Origin: an uncultured Candidatus Saccharibacteria bacterium
GTDB lineage: Bacteria; Patescibacteriota; Minisyncoccia; Phycocordibacterales; CALRHW01
Length of the DNA: 64,000 bases
Direction of reading: 5' to 3'
NCBI GenBank assembly: GCA_964390845.1
Contig: CAYMIL010000002.1
Span: 108,593 to 172,592 of the forward strand
Under the pieces are notes generated by a model that was not told the origin of the DNA, searched no databases, and saw nothing but the letters and a program-made list of their open reading frames with translations. A program made the position numbers and the translations under genes. Of this stretch, positions 46,870 through 56,171 are shown piece by piece (position 1 is the stretch's first letter; every line of letters begins with the position of its first letter).

Positions 46870-48594
46870 TTATGCTTCGCATGAAATGCACACATTGGCA
46901 TTTTCGCTTTGTGTGACTTCTTTTTGCTTTAGGCTAACTTCTTTTAATTTCTTACGTCCGAATTGTTGTGCTGCATTCATGCTGTGCTGATAATAAAAAG
47001 TCTTAATACCGCGCTTCCAGGCATGAAGATACAGGGCATTCGTTTCCTTGGCCGGAGTCGAGGGATCGATCATCAGATTAAGCGACTGCCCTTGATCAAT
47101 GTACTTCTGTCGCTCGGCCGCCTGTTCGATGACTACTTTTTGGTCAATTTCGGCAAATGTTTTGAAAACTTCTTTTTCTTGATCTGAAAGTTCTGTAAGA
47201 TGCTGAACAGAACCGTCGTTCTCACGGATGCTCTGCCAAATTTCCCTTGTGTTGATTCCTTTCACTTCCAAAAGTTTTTCGAGCAGGGGATTTTTAATGC
47301 TGATTTTCATTTTATCAATGTCTTTGACATAGCAGTTTGACCAAAGTGGCTCGATACTTTGAGAGACTTGTCCCAGGATGAATGCAGATGAGGTAGTCGG
47401 AGCAATCGCGATAAGCGTAGTGTTTCTCCTTCCGTATCCTTCAAGGATTTCCGGCTCGCCGTATTCTTTCGCAAGTCTCTCCGAAGCCCCATAGCACTGC
47501 TTGTGGAGATTTTTAAATATCTCCTTATTGAGCTCTTGCGCCTCCGTGCTTTCAAAGGGAATCATCTTGCTCTGAAGGAGAGAGTGCCAGCCGAGAACTC
47601 CGAGACCAAGCGCGCGGTTTGCTTTGGCAAAATTGTATGCGCGTTCCATAAAGAGGAAAGCCTGCTTTTTGTGAAGATCTCCGCTATCGCGTAGCCCTTC
47701 CAGTCGGCTAAGAAAATCACCCATCACTGCATCTAAAAAGTAGACAAGGGTTTCAACTGCGTCCGTATCTTTCCATTCTTCGTAGTAAAGAAGATTCATT
47801 GAAGAAAGATTGCAGACCACGGTCCAATGCTCATTGGACGGTAGCAGTATTTCCGAGCAGAGGTTGCTAGCGTATATTTTTAGATTTTTGTCTTTATACA
47901 CATCAACAGTATCTCGGTTGACAGTGTCGCTGAATAAAATGTAAGGGTATCCAATCTGGCTTCTCCTTTGGAGAACCTTTGCCCAGACATCTCTTTTTTC
48001 CTGATCTCCGGCAATCATGTCGTCGAGCCACTGATCCGTAACGGTAACGCCGTACGTCAATTCCTGAATGGGATTTCCCTCGGTGCCGATTTCTAAAAAC
48101 TCATGGATGTCTTTATGTTCAAGTGGAAGATAGGGAGCAAAGTGGCCACGCCGGACTGATCCCTGGCTTACGACATTAGATAGTGTTTCAAAAAGTCTCA
48201 TAAAGTGAACCGCTCCGGAAGAAACACCGTTGTCTTTGATTACGGAGCCTCGGGGACGCACATCGCCGAAATAGCCGGCAGTGCCACCCCCGTATTTACT
48301 CATCATTCCTACCTCTGCCTGTGTAAAAAGTATCTGACCCATGTCGTCTCCTATATACGAAGAAAAACAGCTGATTGGGAATCCTTTACTGAGGCCGAAA
48401 TTTGACCAGACAGGGGAGGCGAGTGAGAAGTATCCGCGCGACATGTAGTCGCAGAACTTTTCTGCAAAACCCTCTTTTTGAAGGATGCGTTCGGCCGTTT
48501 CGGCGATCTCGCGTATTCTTTCCTCAGCGGTTACTCCGTCTTTGAGGTATCCTTTCGATAAAAATAATTTACTGTGTTCATTGAGCCAGTGCAT
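46870..48594 (-). CDS. nrdA: Class I ribonucleotide reductase alpha subunit, no ATP-cone
   Basis: Active-site NLCSEILLPS; C-terminal Cys pair CISCEA; 574 aa starting directly in the catalytic barrel. Confidence 0.9.
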   Translation of the reverse strand: MHWLNEHSKLFLSKGYLKDGVTAEERIREIAETAERILQKEGFAEKFCDYMSRGYFSLASPVWSNFGLSKGFPISCFSSYIGDDMGQILFTQAEVGMMSKYGGGTAGYFGDVRPRGSVIKDNGVSSGAVHFMRLFETLSNVVSQGSVRRGHFAPYLPLEHKDIHEFLEIGTEGNPIQELTYGVTVTDQWLDDMIAGDQEKRDVWAKVLQRRSQIGYPYILFSDTVNRDTVDVYKDKNLKIYASNLCSEILLPSNEHWTVVCNLSSMNLLYYEEWKDTDAVETLVYFLDAVMGDFLSRLEGLRDSGDLHKKQAFLFMERAYNFAKANRALGLGVLGWHSLLQSKMIPFESTEAQELNKEIFKNLHKQCYGASERLAKEYGEPEILEGYGRRNTTLIAIAPTTSSAFILGQVSQSIEPLWSNCYVKDIDKMKISIKNPLLEKLLEVKGINTREIWQSIRENDGSVQHLTELSDQEKEVFKTFAEIDQKVVIEQAAERQKYIDQGQSLNLMIDPSTPAKETNALYLHAWKRGIKTFYYQHSMNAAQQFGRKKLKEVSLKQKEVTQSENANVCISCEA

Positions 48595-48613
48595 AAGATG
48601 TTAAATATTTAAT

Positions 48614-49909
48614 TTAGAATAAATCATCACCCGTCACGCTTTGATTTCTCTTGTTGTAATTAATTGACCGCTTCACGAAGAAATCTCCGTGCTTTGTGGC
48701 GATGACCTCATCATCGAACCAGTCCGTTTTCTCGAGCATGGCTTTGTCCACTTCAAATATCCTTTGAATGCCGATGCTTGCGAGCGAGTTGTTAAATCTG
48801 TTCTTGATGAATTCAAGCACCAAGTTTTTCGGCATAAAATCAATTTCTCCCATCTCAAGTATCCAGTCCACAATCTTCTTTTCTGATTCAAAAGCTTCTT
48901 TGCAGGCCTCTACGATGACCTCTTCATATTCTTTATCGAACCATTCTGGATGCTCGGCCCGTATGATGTTGATGACATCAATGCCGAACAATCCATGGAT
49001 CTGCTCTTCTTTGGACGTTGCCTCAACAGCGTTCGATATTCCTTTGAAGATATTTTTGTACTTGTTAAACGACATGATGATGAGGAACTGGGAAAACAAA
49101 GAGACGTGCTCAATGAAAAGAGAAAAGAGAAGAATAGACTGAGCGTATTCTCGGTTGTCATCGCTCCGAGCATTCTTGATTGCCTTCTCAAGATATCTAA
49201 CACGGTCAATCAGAGGAGGAAATTCTTTAATCTTTTTGAATTCTTCATTGAGCCCAAGTATCTCAAGAAGGTGGGCATACGCATCCATATGTCTCACTTC
49301 GCTTTCAGCAAAAGTAAAGCCGACTGCGCCAATCTCCGGCTTCGGCATTTTGCTGTAGATGTTACCCCAGAATGTTTTGACAGCGACTTCGATCTGGGCG
49401 ATCGCAAGCATTGCGTTTTTTATTGCATTTCTTTCTTTTTCATTGACGTTTACTTTGAAGTCCTGGATGTCGCTCGTGTAATTAAATTCAGTGTGTATCC
49501 AGTATGAATGCCGTATCGCGCTCACATACTCATATAGTTCAGGATACTCATAGGGTTTTAAATTTGTCCTTTTTTTGAAAATATCGCGCTTCCTGAGCTT
49601 TGCATGCTCCTGCCGGTAGAGAATGTACGACTTTCCCACCTCAAAAAATTCTTTTTTCATCAGCTCCTCTTCGACAATATCCTGAATTTGTTCGACGGTC
49701 GGATGTTTTGCTTCAGGAGCGGGATGCTTTTTATTAAGATGATCGAGAACATTCTCGGCAACAGAACGGGCATCATGCATAGTTCCCTTGTCCACAGAGA
49801 GCATCGCCTTAAATACAGCTTGGGTTATTTTTTCAGTGTCAAAAGGCTGTATCGCGCCGTCGCGCTTTATGACATTTTGGGTATAAGACGAATGTTCTTT
49901 GTTTGGCAT
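48614..49909 (-). CDS. nrdB: Class I ribonucleotide reductase beta subunit with N-terminal ATP-cone
   Basis: N-terminal VIKRDGAIQPFDTEKITQAVFKA (ATP-cone); ferritin-like metal site region (EVRHMDAYAHL ... EEQIHGLFG). Confidence 0.85.
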   Translation of the reverse strand: MPNKEHSSYTQNVIKRDGAIQPFDTEKITQAVFKAMLSVDKGTMHDARSVAENVLDHLNKKHPAPEAKHPTVEQIQDIVEEELMKKEFFEVGKSYILYRQEHAKLRKRDIFKKRTNLKPYEYPELYEYVSAIRHSYWIHTEFNYTSDIQDFKVNVNEKERNAIKNAMLAIAQIEVAVKTFWGNIYSKMPKPEIGAVGFTFAESEVRHMDAYAHLLEILGLNEEFKKIKEFPPLIDRVRYLEKAIKNARSDDNREYAQSILLFSLFIEHVSLFSQFLIIMSFNKYKNIFKGISNAVEATSKEEQIHGLFGIDVINIIRAEHPEWFDKEYEEVIVEACKEAFESEKKIVDWILEMGEIDFMPKNLVLEFIKNRFNNSLASIGIQRIFEVDKAMLEKTDWFDDEVIATKHGDFFVKRSINYNKRNQSVTGDDLF

Positions 49910-50075
49910 AGGCTTTCTTTTTAAAATATGTTATATTGATAATGGTCTATACATTCTAACATAGATGGTCATCTATATGAAAATAAAAAAACGGGGAAAA
50001 GTATCCAACGCAACCAAAAAAATTAAAAATCAAGAAATTACGCACCCCCGTCCGAGCTGGGTGCCGGCATCTTCC

Positions 50076-50345
50076 ATGTCCGAAGAAGAATTATGCCCGG
50101 ACTGCTTTAAGGTGGTAGGGGAGCGAAGCCGATATAACCTTGTTTGCATGCTCGGCAAAGCAAAAGACGGCATGACGGTCGGCGAACTTACTGATAAAAT
50201 GAAGCTACGGCAACCCACAATCACCCATCATTTACAGGTATTGCAGTCGGTCGATGCAGTAGAAAGCAAACCACAGGGGAGAAAGCGTATTTATAAGCTA
50301 AATCGAAGCGCGCATTGCTTTGAAGATTGCAAAATACCTTATTAA
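50076..50345 (+). CDS. ArsR/SmtB-family metalloregulator
   Basis: HTH LTDKMKLRQPTITHHLQVLQSVDAV; N-terminal CPDC pair. Confidence 0.7.
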   Translation: MSEEELCPDCFKVVGERSRYNLVCMLGKAKDGMTVGELTDKMKLRQPTITHHLQVLQSVDAVESKPQGRKRIYKLNRSAHCFEDCKIPY

Positions 50346-50354
50346 TAATGTTTT

Positions 50355-51560
50355 ATGTTTAAATATCTTATCTTTGAAATAATATCCGGAATAGTTGGTT
50401 TTGTGGCCTTCATCATACTTGTGCGATATGTATGGAAACAGGGGCATTTCTATTCAATTTTTAAGAATAAATTGCTTTATATACCAGTCGCACTTATCGT
50501 TATTGCTTTTTTTACAGGACTGATAGCAAATAGAACATACCCTCCTGATTTTGCCATGCCAGCATTTATGCATTCGCATGCTCCAGGCGGACTTCCGCCA
50601 TCCATTCCCTTTGCTAAAATTATAGACTTCTTTAGATATAAAAACCGTCTTGATAAGGTTGCTGATATCGGCGCAGATCCGACAACTGTTCCAGAAAGCC
50701 CACAAGCACCTGACGCAGACGGCATTGTTCGTATTAGCTTGACTGCACAAGAGGTTATTTCAGAGATATCTCCAGGAATTTATTTCAATTATTGGACATA
50801 CAATAAACAAGTTCCTGGCCCGATGCTTCGTGTGCGCGAGGGCGACACGGTAGAATTAACCCTGACAAATGATCCGTCAAGCCTGCATGATCACAACATA
50901 GACCTGCATGCAGTCACAGGTCCGGGTGGCGGAGCATCAGTTACTCATGTAGCACCTGGAGAAACAAAAACATTTAAATGGAAAGCTCTTGCGCCAGGAC
51001 TTTATGTATATCACTGCGCAATGCCAAATGTTTCTACGCATAATTCGCATGGGCAATACGGAATGATTTTAGTTGATCCTAAAGAAGGATTTGCCGAAGT
51101 CGATAAAGAGTTTTATGTCATGCAAGGAGAACTTTACACTGTGGGGCAACTTGGTAAGAAGGGATTGGTACCATTTGATTCTGATGCACTCTTGGATGGA
51201 AAGCCCAATTATGTAACTTTTAACGGCCGCATTGAAACGACGCCACGAATGCATGCACAGGTTGGTGATAAAATTCGTATGTATGTCGGTAATGGCGGTG
51301 TAAACCTCATCTCATCTTTCCATGTCATTGGCGAGATTTTCGATACTGTCTATCCAAATGCAAGTATCGGCGGAGCACTTGAGCATAATACTCAAGCGAC
51401 CGCCGTCCTTCCGGGTGGTGCAAGCATTGTAGAATTTACTGTTGATGTCCCTGGAAAATATTTGCTTGTAGACCACGCACTCGCGCGAATGAACAAAGGC
51501 GCATGGGCAGTGCTTGAAGTTTCAGGAAATGAAAATAGAGATATTTTTCATGGGCAATAA
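50355..51560 (+). CDS. nirK: Copper-containing nitrite reductase NirK-like (two-domain cupredoxin), membrane-anchored
   Basis: Type-2 Cu motif HNIDLHAVTG (cf. HNIDFHAATG); type-1 Cu YVYHCAMP...H...M; N-terminal TM helices. Confidence 0.75.
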   Translation: MFKYLIFEIISGIVGFVAFIILVRYVWKQGHFYSIFKNKLLYIPVALIVIAFFTGLIANRTYPPDFAMPAFMHSHAPGGLPPSIPFAKIIDFFRYKNRLDKVADIGADPTTVPESPQAPDADGIVRISLTAQEVISEISPGIYFNYWTYNKQVPGPMLRVREGDTVELTLTNDPSSLHDHNIDLHAVTGPGGGASVTHVAPGETKTFKWKALAPGLYVYHCAMPNVSTHNSHGQYGMILVDPKEGFAEVDKEFYVMQGELYTVGQLGKKGLVPFDSDALLDGKPNYVTFNGRIETTPRMHAQVGDKIRMYVGNGGVNLISSFHVIGEIFDTVYPNASIGGALEHNTQATAVLPGGASIVEFTVDVPGKYLLVDHALARMNKGAWAVLEVSGNENRDIFHGQ

Positions 51561-51572
51561 CAAAACAAAATT

Positions 51573-52046
51573 ATGAAAAGATTACTTAGAGTTTCATCAG
51601 GATTAGCAATAGGAGCAGGTGTTTTGTTGGTAATGGGCGGTCTCTGGGGCATTACGTTTACGTACAAAAACATAGCACAAGAAAAAATCGTAACCCCAGC
51701 AGATGCTTCTATTACCGAAAAACCAGTACGTGGCCCTTTTACTCTCAAGGCGCAGTCTGATGTCATTAGGCACCATACTCTGGAAGCGACTGGCGGTAAA
51801 ACGTTTGCACAAATGCCGAAACAAATTCCTAAGCTCGATAAAAATGGTCAGCAAATTTTGGGAGAAGATGGTAAACCAGTAATGACAGCAAATACCGCTC
51901 GGGATATTTGGATAACGGCTACGACCCTGACAACCGCTCTTAATTTGGGCATTTTGACCTATATGTTTTCAGGTCTAATTATTTTGCTCGGATGTATCTC
52001 CATCTGGACCGGCGTTGTTTTTGGAGCTTTGGGCCGAGGTAGGTAA
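51573..52046 (+). CDS. Membrane protein (2 TM) downstream of nirK
   Basis: Hydrophobic N- and C-terminal helices; 12 nt after nirK. Confidence 0.45.
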   Translation: MKRLLRVSSGLAIGAGVLLVMGGLWGITFTYKNIAQEKIVTPADASITEKPVRGPFTLKAQSDVIRHHTLEATGGKTFAQMPKQIPKLDKNGQQILGEDGKPVMTANTARDIWITATTLTTALNLGILTYMFSGLIILLGCISIWTGVVFGALGRGR

Positions 52047-52069
52047 TCGAATACATTTACCTAAAAAGC

Positions 52070-52160
52070 ATTCTTTTGCCCTAATTCGCCCTTTTTCGCC
52101 CTAACGCTAGGCCAAATTAGGCCGAAAAGAGCCGAATTAAGCCAAAACTGCTATACTTTG
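52070..52160. repeat. Iteron-like short repeat array (possible element end / protein-binding sites)
   Basis: TTGCCCTAATTCGCCCTTTTTCGCCCTAACGCTAGGCCAAATTAGGCCGAAAAGAGCCGAATTAAGCC: GCCCTAA x2, CGCCCT x2, inverted TTAGGCC/GGCCTAA-type units. Confidence 0.4.
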
Positions 52161-52282
52161 CATGTCAGGAATATAAATCGTCGCATCATTTCTTCTCTCG
52201 AAAATAGTTCTAACATCCTCTACGACGGCACCCCATATACGATCTCGAGCGATTTCTCCAGACTTCTGATAAAATTGCTGGT

Positions 52283-52936
52283 GTGAACATCCCTCTTCTT
52301 ATAAAAGAAACACTTCGCGGAAAGACGATAAGTCGTATCTTATTTAACGATATGGTGCGCATACGATGCACCGGTGTGCGGGGAAGTGTGCTCGATCTTG
52401 GTGGTACACAGCATGCGAGCTATGCTCGATATATATCGAAGGATATTGTTCGTACACCAGCAGATATACAGAGTGCGCCGCCAGTAGATTTTAATAAACC
52501 ACTTCCGTATGCTGACGGGCAGTTTGATAACGCTTTTTTCTTTAACGCACTCTATATTGCAGAAGCGCCCGTGAAGGTGCTCGCGGAGCTTCGGCGTGTT
52601 GTGCGGTCTGGTGGGCATATCTATATTTCTTCTCCGTATATCGCAAACGAAATGCCAGAACCACACGACTTCTATCGTTTTACTAAAGAGGGTTTGCTTC
52701 GGGTACTACGGGAAGCTGGGCTTGAGGTGGTGAGTATTGATCGTATGGGTGAGCGTTTTTCTTCGGCGGTGTATCTCTTGCATCCGTTTTTTCTTCATGG
52801 AGTTGTGCGTCTCTTTGTGCACAGTGTCGCGCTTCTTTTGGATGCATGCATACCGCGTTCTGTCTGTATGAGTCACCCGACGCCACTCGGATATTTTATC
52901 GTCGCGCGAACACAGGATGATCGCTTGGCCCCTTGA
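52283..52936 (+). CDS. Class I SAM-dependent methyltransferase (GC-rich gene)
   Basis: Motif I VLDLGGT; Methyltransf_11/23-like; start codon uncertain. Confidence 0.65.
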   Translation: MNIPLLIKETLRGKTISRILFNDMVRIRCTGVRGSVLDLGGTQHASYARYISKDIVRTPADIQSAPPVDFNKPLPYADGQFDNAFFFNALYIAEAPVKVLAELRRVVRSGGHIYISSPYIANEMPEPHDFYRFTKEGLLRVLREAGLEVVSIDRMGERFSSAVYLLHPFFLHGVVRLFVHSVALLLDACIPRSVCMSHPTPLGYFIVARTQDDRLAP

Positions 52937-52987
52937 CGCGAGCTGTTGTTTGTTCTAGTATCAGCTCCAGAAAGGAGTTGGTCATCT

Positions 52988-53224
52988 ATGACTACCAAAA
53001 CACCCACTCAACAGCAGACGGAAGAGACGCTCAAGAAGATCGTCAGAGGTGAGGGGGTGAGCGTGTACGACGCTTCTCGCCTCCGTGCCGCGTGCATGTT
53101 CGGCCCCGTCGACTTTTACGGTTTCGACATCTCGACCGAGAAGCTGATGGACGCTATCGACAAGGCGTTTAAGGGCGCGCAGATTGTCGTGAAGCTTCCG
53201 ACGCTTTCGGCCATCGTCCCGTAA
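52988..53224 (+). CDS. Hypothetical small protein (GC-rich)
   Basis: Strong SD AAAGGAG 12 nt upstream of ATG; 78 aa. Confidence 0.45.
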   Translation: MTTKTPTQQQTEETLKKIVRGEGVSVYDASRLRAACMFGPVDFYGFDISTEKLMDAIDKAFKGAQIVVKLPTLSAIVP

Positions 53225-53307
53225 ACGACCCCCACGTTCATCACTGCCAACACTCCCCCCACGTACCATGTGTGCGTGGGGTTAATTTTTGATGCTATAC
53301 TGTATGC

Positions 53308-53748
53308 ATGCTACGTTCAATTGATATAAAAATTATTCATTTCTTTCGTGTGATTTCTGTGCCCTCAGCTCGACTCGGTCTTTTTGTAGTCTTTTTTTGG
53401 TTTGGCGCGCTTAAAGTGCTTGGCTTGAGCCCCGCGGCTGGCGTTGTTGAGCGCTTATTTACAGAGACGATTACGTTTATGAGTTTCGATACCTTTTATA
53501 TGGGTTTCGCACTCTTTGAGTGTCTCATTGGTATTTTGTTTTTGATTAAGGGCGCAGAGCGTATCGTCATTCCACTATTGTTTGTGCACATGTTTACAAC
53601 ATTTGGACCGCTTGTCTTTTTGCCACAAGAAACATGGACAGCTTTCTTCGTACCAACACTTGAGGGTCAGTATATTATTAAAAATCTTGTTATCATCGCG
53701 ACCGCTATAGGTATCGCGGCTCATTTGCATCCTATTAGACAATCATAA
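53308..53748 (+). CDS. Polytopic membrane protein (DUF417/DoxX-like?)
   Basis: Four hydrophobic helices. Confidence 0.45.
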   Translation: MLRSIDIKIIHFFRVISVPSARLGLFVVFFWFGALKVLGLSPAAGVVERLFTETITFMSFDTFYMGFALFECLIGILFLIKGAERIVIPLLFVHMFTTFGPLVFLPQETWTAFFVPTLEGQYIIKNLVIIATAIGIAAHLHPIRQS

Positions 53749-54341
53749 TGTTGTCGCACGCAGAACTTCTTGCGTTCATCTCTACGTACGGATACCTTGC
53801 CGTATTTATTGGTGCGATTCTTGAAGGGGAAGTGGTGGTGTTTTTGGCGGGCTTTTTTGCTCGCGAAGCGGGCGTGCCATTTTTTTGCGTCATCCTCACT
53901 GCGCTTGGTGGGACAATCGTAAGTGATTTTTCTTGGTTTCTGCTCGGTCGGTATCGTGGGCGCTGGATGCTTGATAGATGGACATGGACACGACGTCTCG
54001 CCGATAAGTCTGCCGTCTTACTTGGGAAAAGCCCCTCACTTATTTCTGTGACGATGCGTTTTATGTATGGTCTGCGCACGGTGATACCGTTTAGTATGGG
54101 TATGACAAACTTTCCTGCCGGTAAATTTTTTCTCCTTGATGGTATTGGTGCGGTGGCGTGGGTTTCGTTGTTGAGCGTGCTGGGGTATGGTCTGGGCGGT
54201 GCGCTTGAGGCGGCCTTTGGAAGACTTCGACACTTTGAGGTCTTGCTTGTGTTGTGCATTATCACTTTGTTTGTGATTGCAAATCCGATTGTCCGTGTGG
54301 CTAAATTGTTGTTTCGAAAATTGATGGAAGGGCGTCAGTAG
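53748..54341 (+). CDS. dedA: DedA-family membrane protein
   Basis: YGYLAVFIGAILEGE...FLAGF signature of DedA/SNARE-associated family. Confidence 0.75.
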   Translation: MLSHAELLAFISTYGYLAVFIGAILEGEVVVFLAGFFAREAGVPFFCVILTALGGTIVSDFSWFLLGRYRGRWMLDRWTWTRRLADKSAVLLGKSPSLISVTMRFMYGLRTVIPFSMGMTNFPAGKFFLLDGIGAVAWVSLLSVLGYGLGGALEAAFGRLRHFEVLLVLCIITLFVIANPIVRVAKLLFRKLMEGRQ

Positions 54342-54355
54342 GGTACTCTAGGGGT

Positions 54356-55240
54356 ATGCGACATACAATTCTTACAACAGAGCCAGAGACGGGATACGAA
54401 CTCATTGATTCTGGGGATGGGGAAAAACTTGAACGATATGGCGATGTAATACTTCGTCGTCCAGATCCGCAGGCGCTTTGGCGAAAGGCGGATTCCTCGT
54501 TGTGGGAGAAGGCAGATGGAGTGTTTGTTCGTAGTGCAAAAAGTGCTTCGTGGAAGATGCGCGCAGGTATTCCCGAAGAATGGCAAATATCTTTTTCCGG
54601 TTTGCGTTTTGTGATTTCTCCGACAGCTTTTAAGCATACAGGTGTATTCCCAGAGCAGGCGAGTAATTGGGCGTGGATAGATGAAACGGTCCGCGCGCGC
54701 GTGAACAGCGGTCGCCCCGTGGCGGTGCTTAACTTGTTTGGATACACCGGTGGAGCGACCCTCGCCGCGGCGCGCGCGGGCGCGGAGGTGACACATGTTG
54801 ATGGTTCAAAAGCGGCGATAGCGTGGGCAAAAGATAATGCGCGCGCGTCGGGGCTTGAGAATGCGCCGATTCGTTGGATGCTCGATGATGTTCGAAAGTT
54901 TGTTGCGCGAGAAATAAAGCGAGGCAAGCGATATGACGGGATTATTATGGACCCACCAGCATTTGGTCATGGAGCAAAAAAAGAGTTGTGGAAGATAGAA
55001 GAAGACCTGCCACTATTACTCGATATGTGCCGTCAGGTGTTGTCTGACAATGCGCTCTTCTTTTTGATAAACGGATACTCTGCCGGATACTCAGCGATTA
55101 CCTACAGCAACAACCTTGAGTCGGCGCTCAATCTTTCTGGTGGAGAGAGTGAACGTGGTGAGCTGACGCTTCGTGAGTCAGCGGGCGGGCGACTCTTGCC
55201 CTGTGGTATTTTTGCTCGATGGAGGTCTCAGAGTGTGTAA
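54356..55240 (+). CDS. RlmI/YccW-like class I SAM-dependent RNA methyltransferase
   Basis: LNLFGYTGGATLAAARAGAEVTHVDGSK ... IIMDPPAFG motifs. Confidence 0.7.
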   Translation: MRHTILTTEPETGYELIDSGDGEKLERYGDVILRRPDPQALWRKADSSLWEKADGVFVRSAKSASWKMRAGIPEEWQISFSGLRFVISPTAFKHTGVFPEQASNWAWIDETVRARVNSGRPVAVLNLFGYTGGATLAAARAGAEVTHVDGSKAAIAWAKDNARASGLENAPIRWMLDDVRKFVAREIKRGKRYDGIIMDPPAFGHGAKKELWKIEEDLPLLLDMCRQVLSDNALFFLINGYSAGYSAITYSNNLESALNLSGGESERGELTLRESAGGRLLPCGIFARWRSQSV

Positions 55241-55299
55241 TGTGCCGATGGTTCGCTCGTCTCATAAGTACACTCATTATTTAATTAATTTCAACACAC

Positions 55300-56094
55300 A
55301 TGTTTAACACAGACACAGTATGGGGTAAGCGGATGCAGACACTTTCAACAGCGCTCGCTGTGTTGCTTATCGTGTTTCTTGGCGTGCAGATACTTTCATC
55401 ACTTAAGTCGATGGATAAGCGAAGCATGATCCAAAACACTATCAGCGTTTCAGGAAAAGGGGAGGTGATTGCAGTGCCAGATATCGCAACGGTCACATTC
55501 GCAGTTGTTGAGCAAGCAAAGACAGTGCCAGAAGCACAGAGCAAGGCAACAGCAAAAATGGATTCGACACTCAAAGCTCTCAAGGCGCTTGGTATCGAAG
55601 ATCGAGATATTAAGACAACAGACTACAGCGCATATCCTCGCTACGAATATTTCAATCAGGTGTGCACGCAGTTTAGTTGCCCTCCGTCAGGCGGACAAAC
55701 TATCGTTGGGTACGAAGTACGACAAAGTATTCTCGTAAAGATTCGAACTATTGCAGATGCAGGAAAGATTCTCGGTGCTATCGGTACTGCTGGCGTGTCA
55801 GATATTAGCGGACCTTCTTTCACGGTTGATGATGAGGACGCAAAGGTGCGTGAGGCACGAAAGGCGGCTATTGATGATGCGAAGGCGCAAGCAAAACAGC
55901 TCGCTAAAGACCTCGGCGTTCGCCTCGGTGATATCGTAAGTTTTGGTGAGTCTGGAAATTATCCAAGCCCAATCTACTACGCACGAGACATGGCGATGGG
56001 AATGGGTGGTTCTTCAGAAGCATCTGCGCCACAGTTGCCAACAGGCGAGAATAAGATTACTTCAAACGTAACGATTACGTACGAAATCAAGTAG
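55300..56094 (+). CDS. SIMPL-domain (DUF541) secreted/membrane-anchored protein
   Basis: N-terminal TM; ISVSGKGEVIAVPDIATVTFAVVEQAKT typical SIMPL start. Confidence 0.7.
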   Translation: MFNTDTVWGKRMQTLSTALAVLLIVFLGVQILSSLKSMDKRSMIQNTISVSGKGEVIAVPDIATVTFAVVEQAKTVPEAQSKATAKMDSTLKALKALGIEDRDIKTTDYSAYPRYEYFNQVCTQFSCPPSGGQTIVGYEVRQSILVKIRTIADAGKILGAIGTAGVSDISGPSFTVDDEDAKVREARKAAIDDAKAQAKQLAKDLGVRLGDIVSFGESGNYPSPIYYARDMAMGMGGSSEASAPQLPTGENKITSNVTITYEIK

Positions 56095-56171
56095 TAGAGC
56101 AGAGCGTGTGCCTATGTTGACACGACACTAGTTTTACCGTATTATCTTTTGCGGAAAGGAGGTTCGACATC

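Larger units (their letters stand above)
42188..52240. mobile_element. Putative integrative element at the tRNA-His 3' end (serine-integrase type); right boundary tentative
   Basis: Serine integrase whose last codons and stop lie inside tRNA-His; AT-rich composition; small phage-like ORFs; cargo nrdAB and nirK; repeat array and CACCCCAT match near 52.1-52.24 kb. Confidence 0.5.

Noticed and set aside
52229-52236. CACCCCAT as a definite attR core
   Set aside because: Only an 8-mer (+CTCTA) match to the tRNA-His end; serine integrase sites need not share long identity, so it is reported as tentative only
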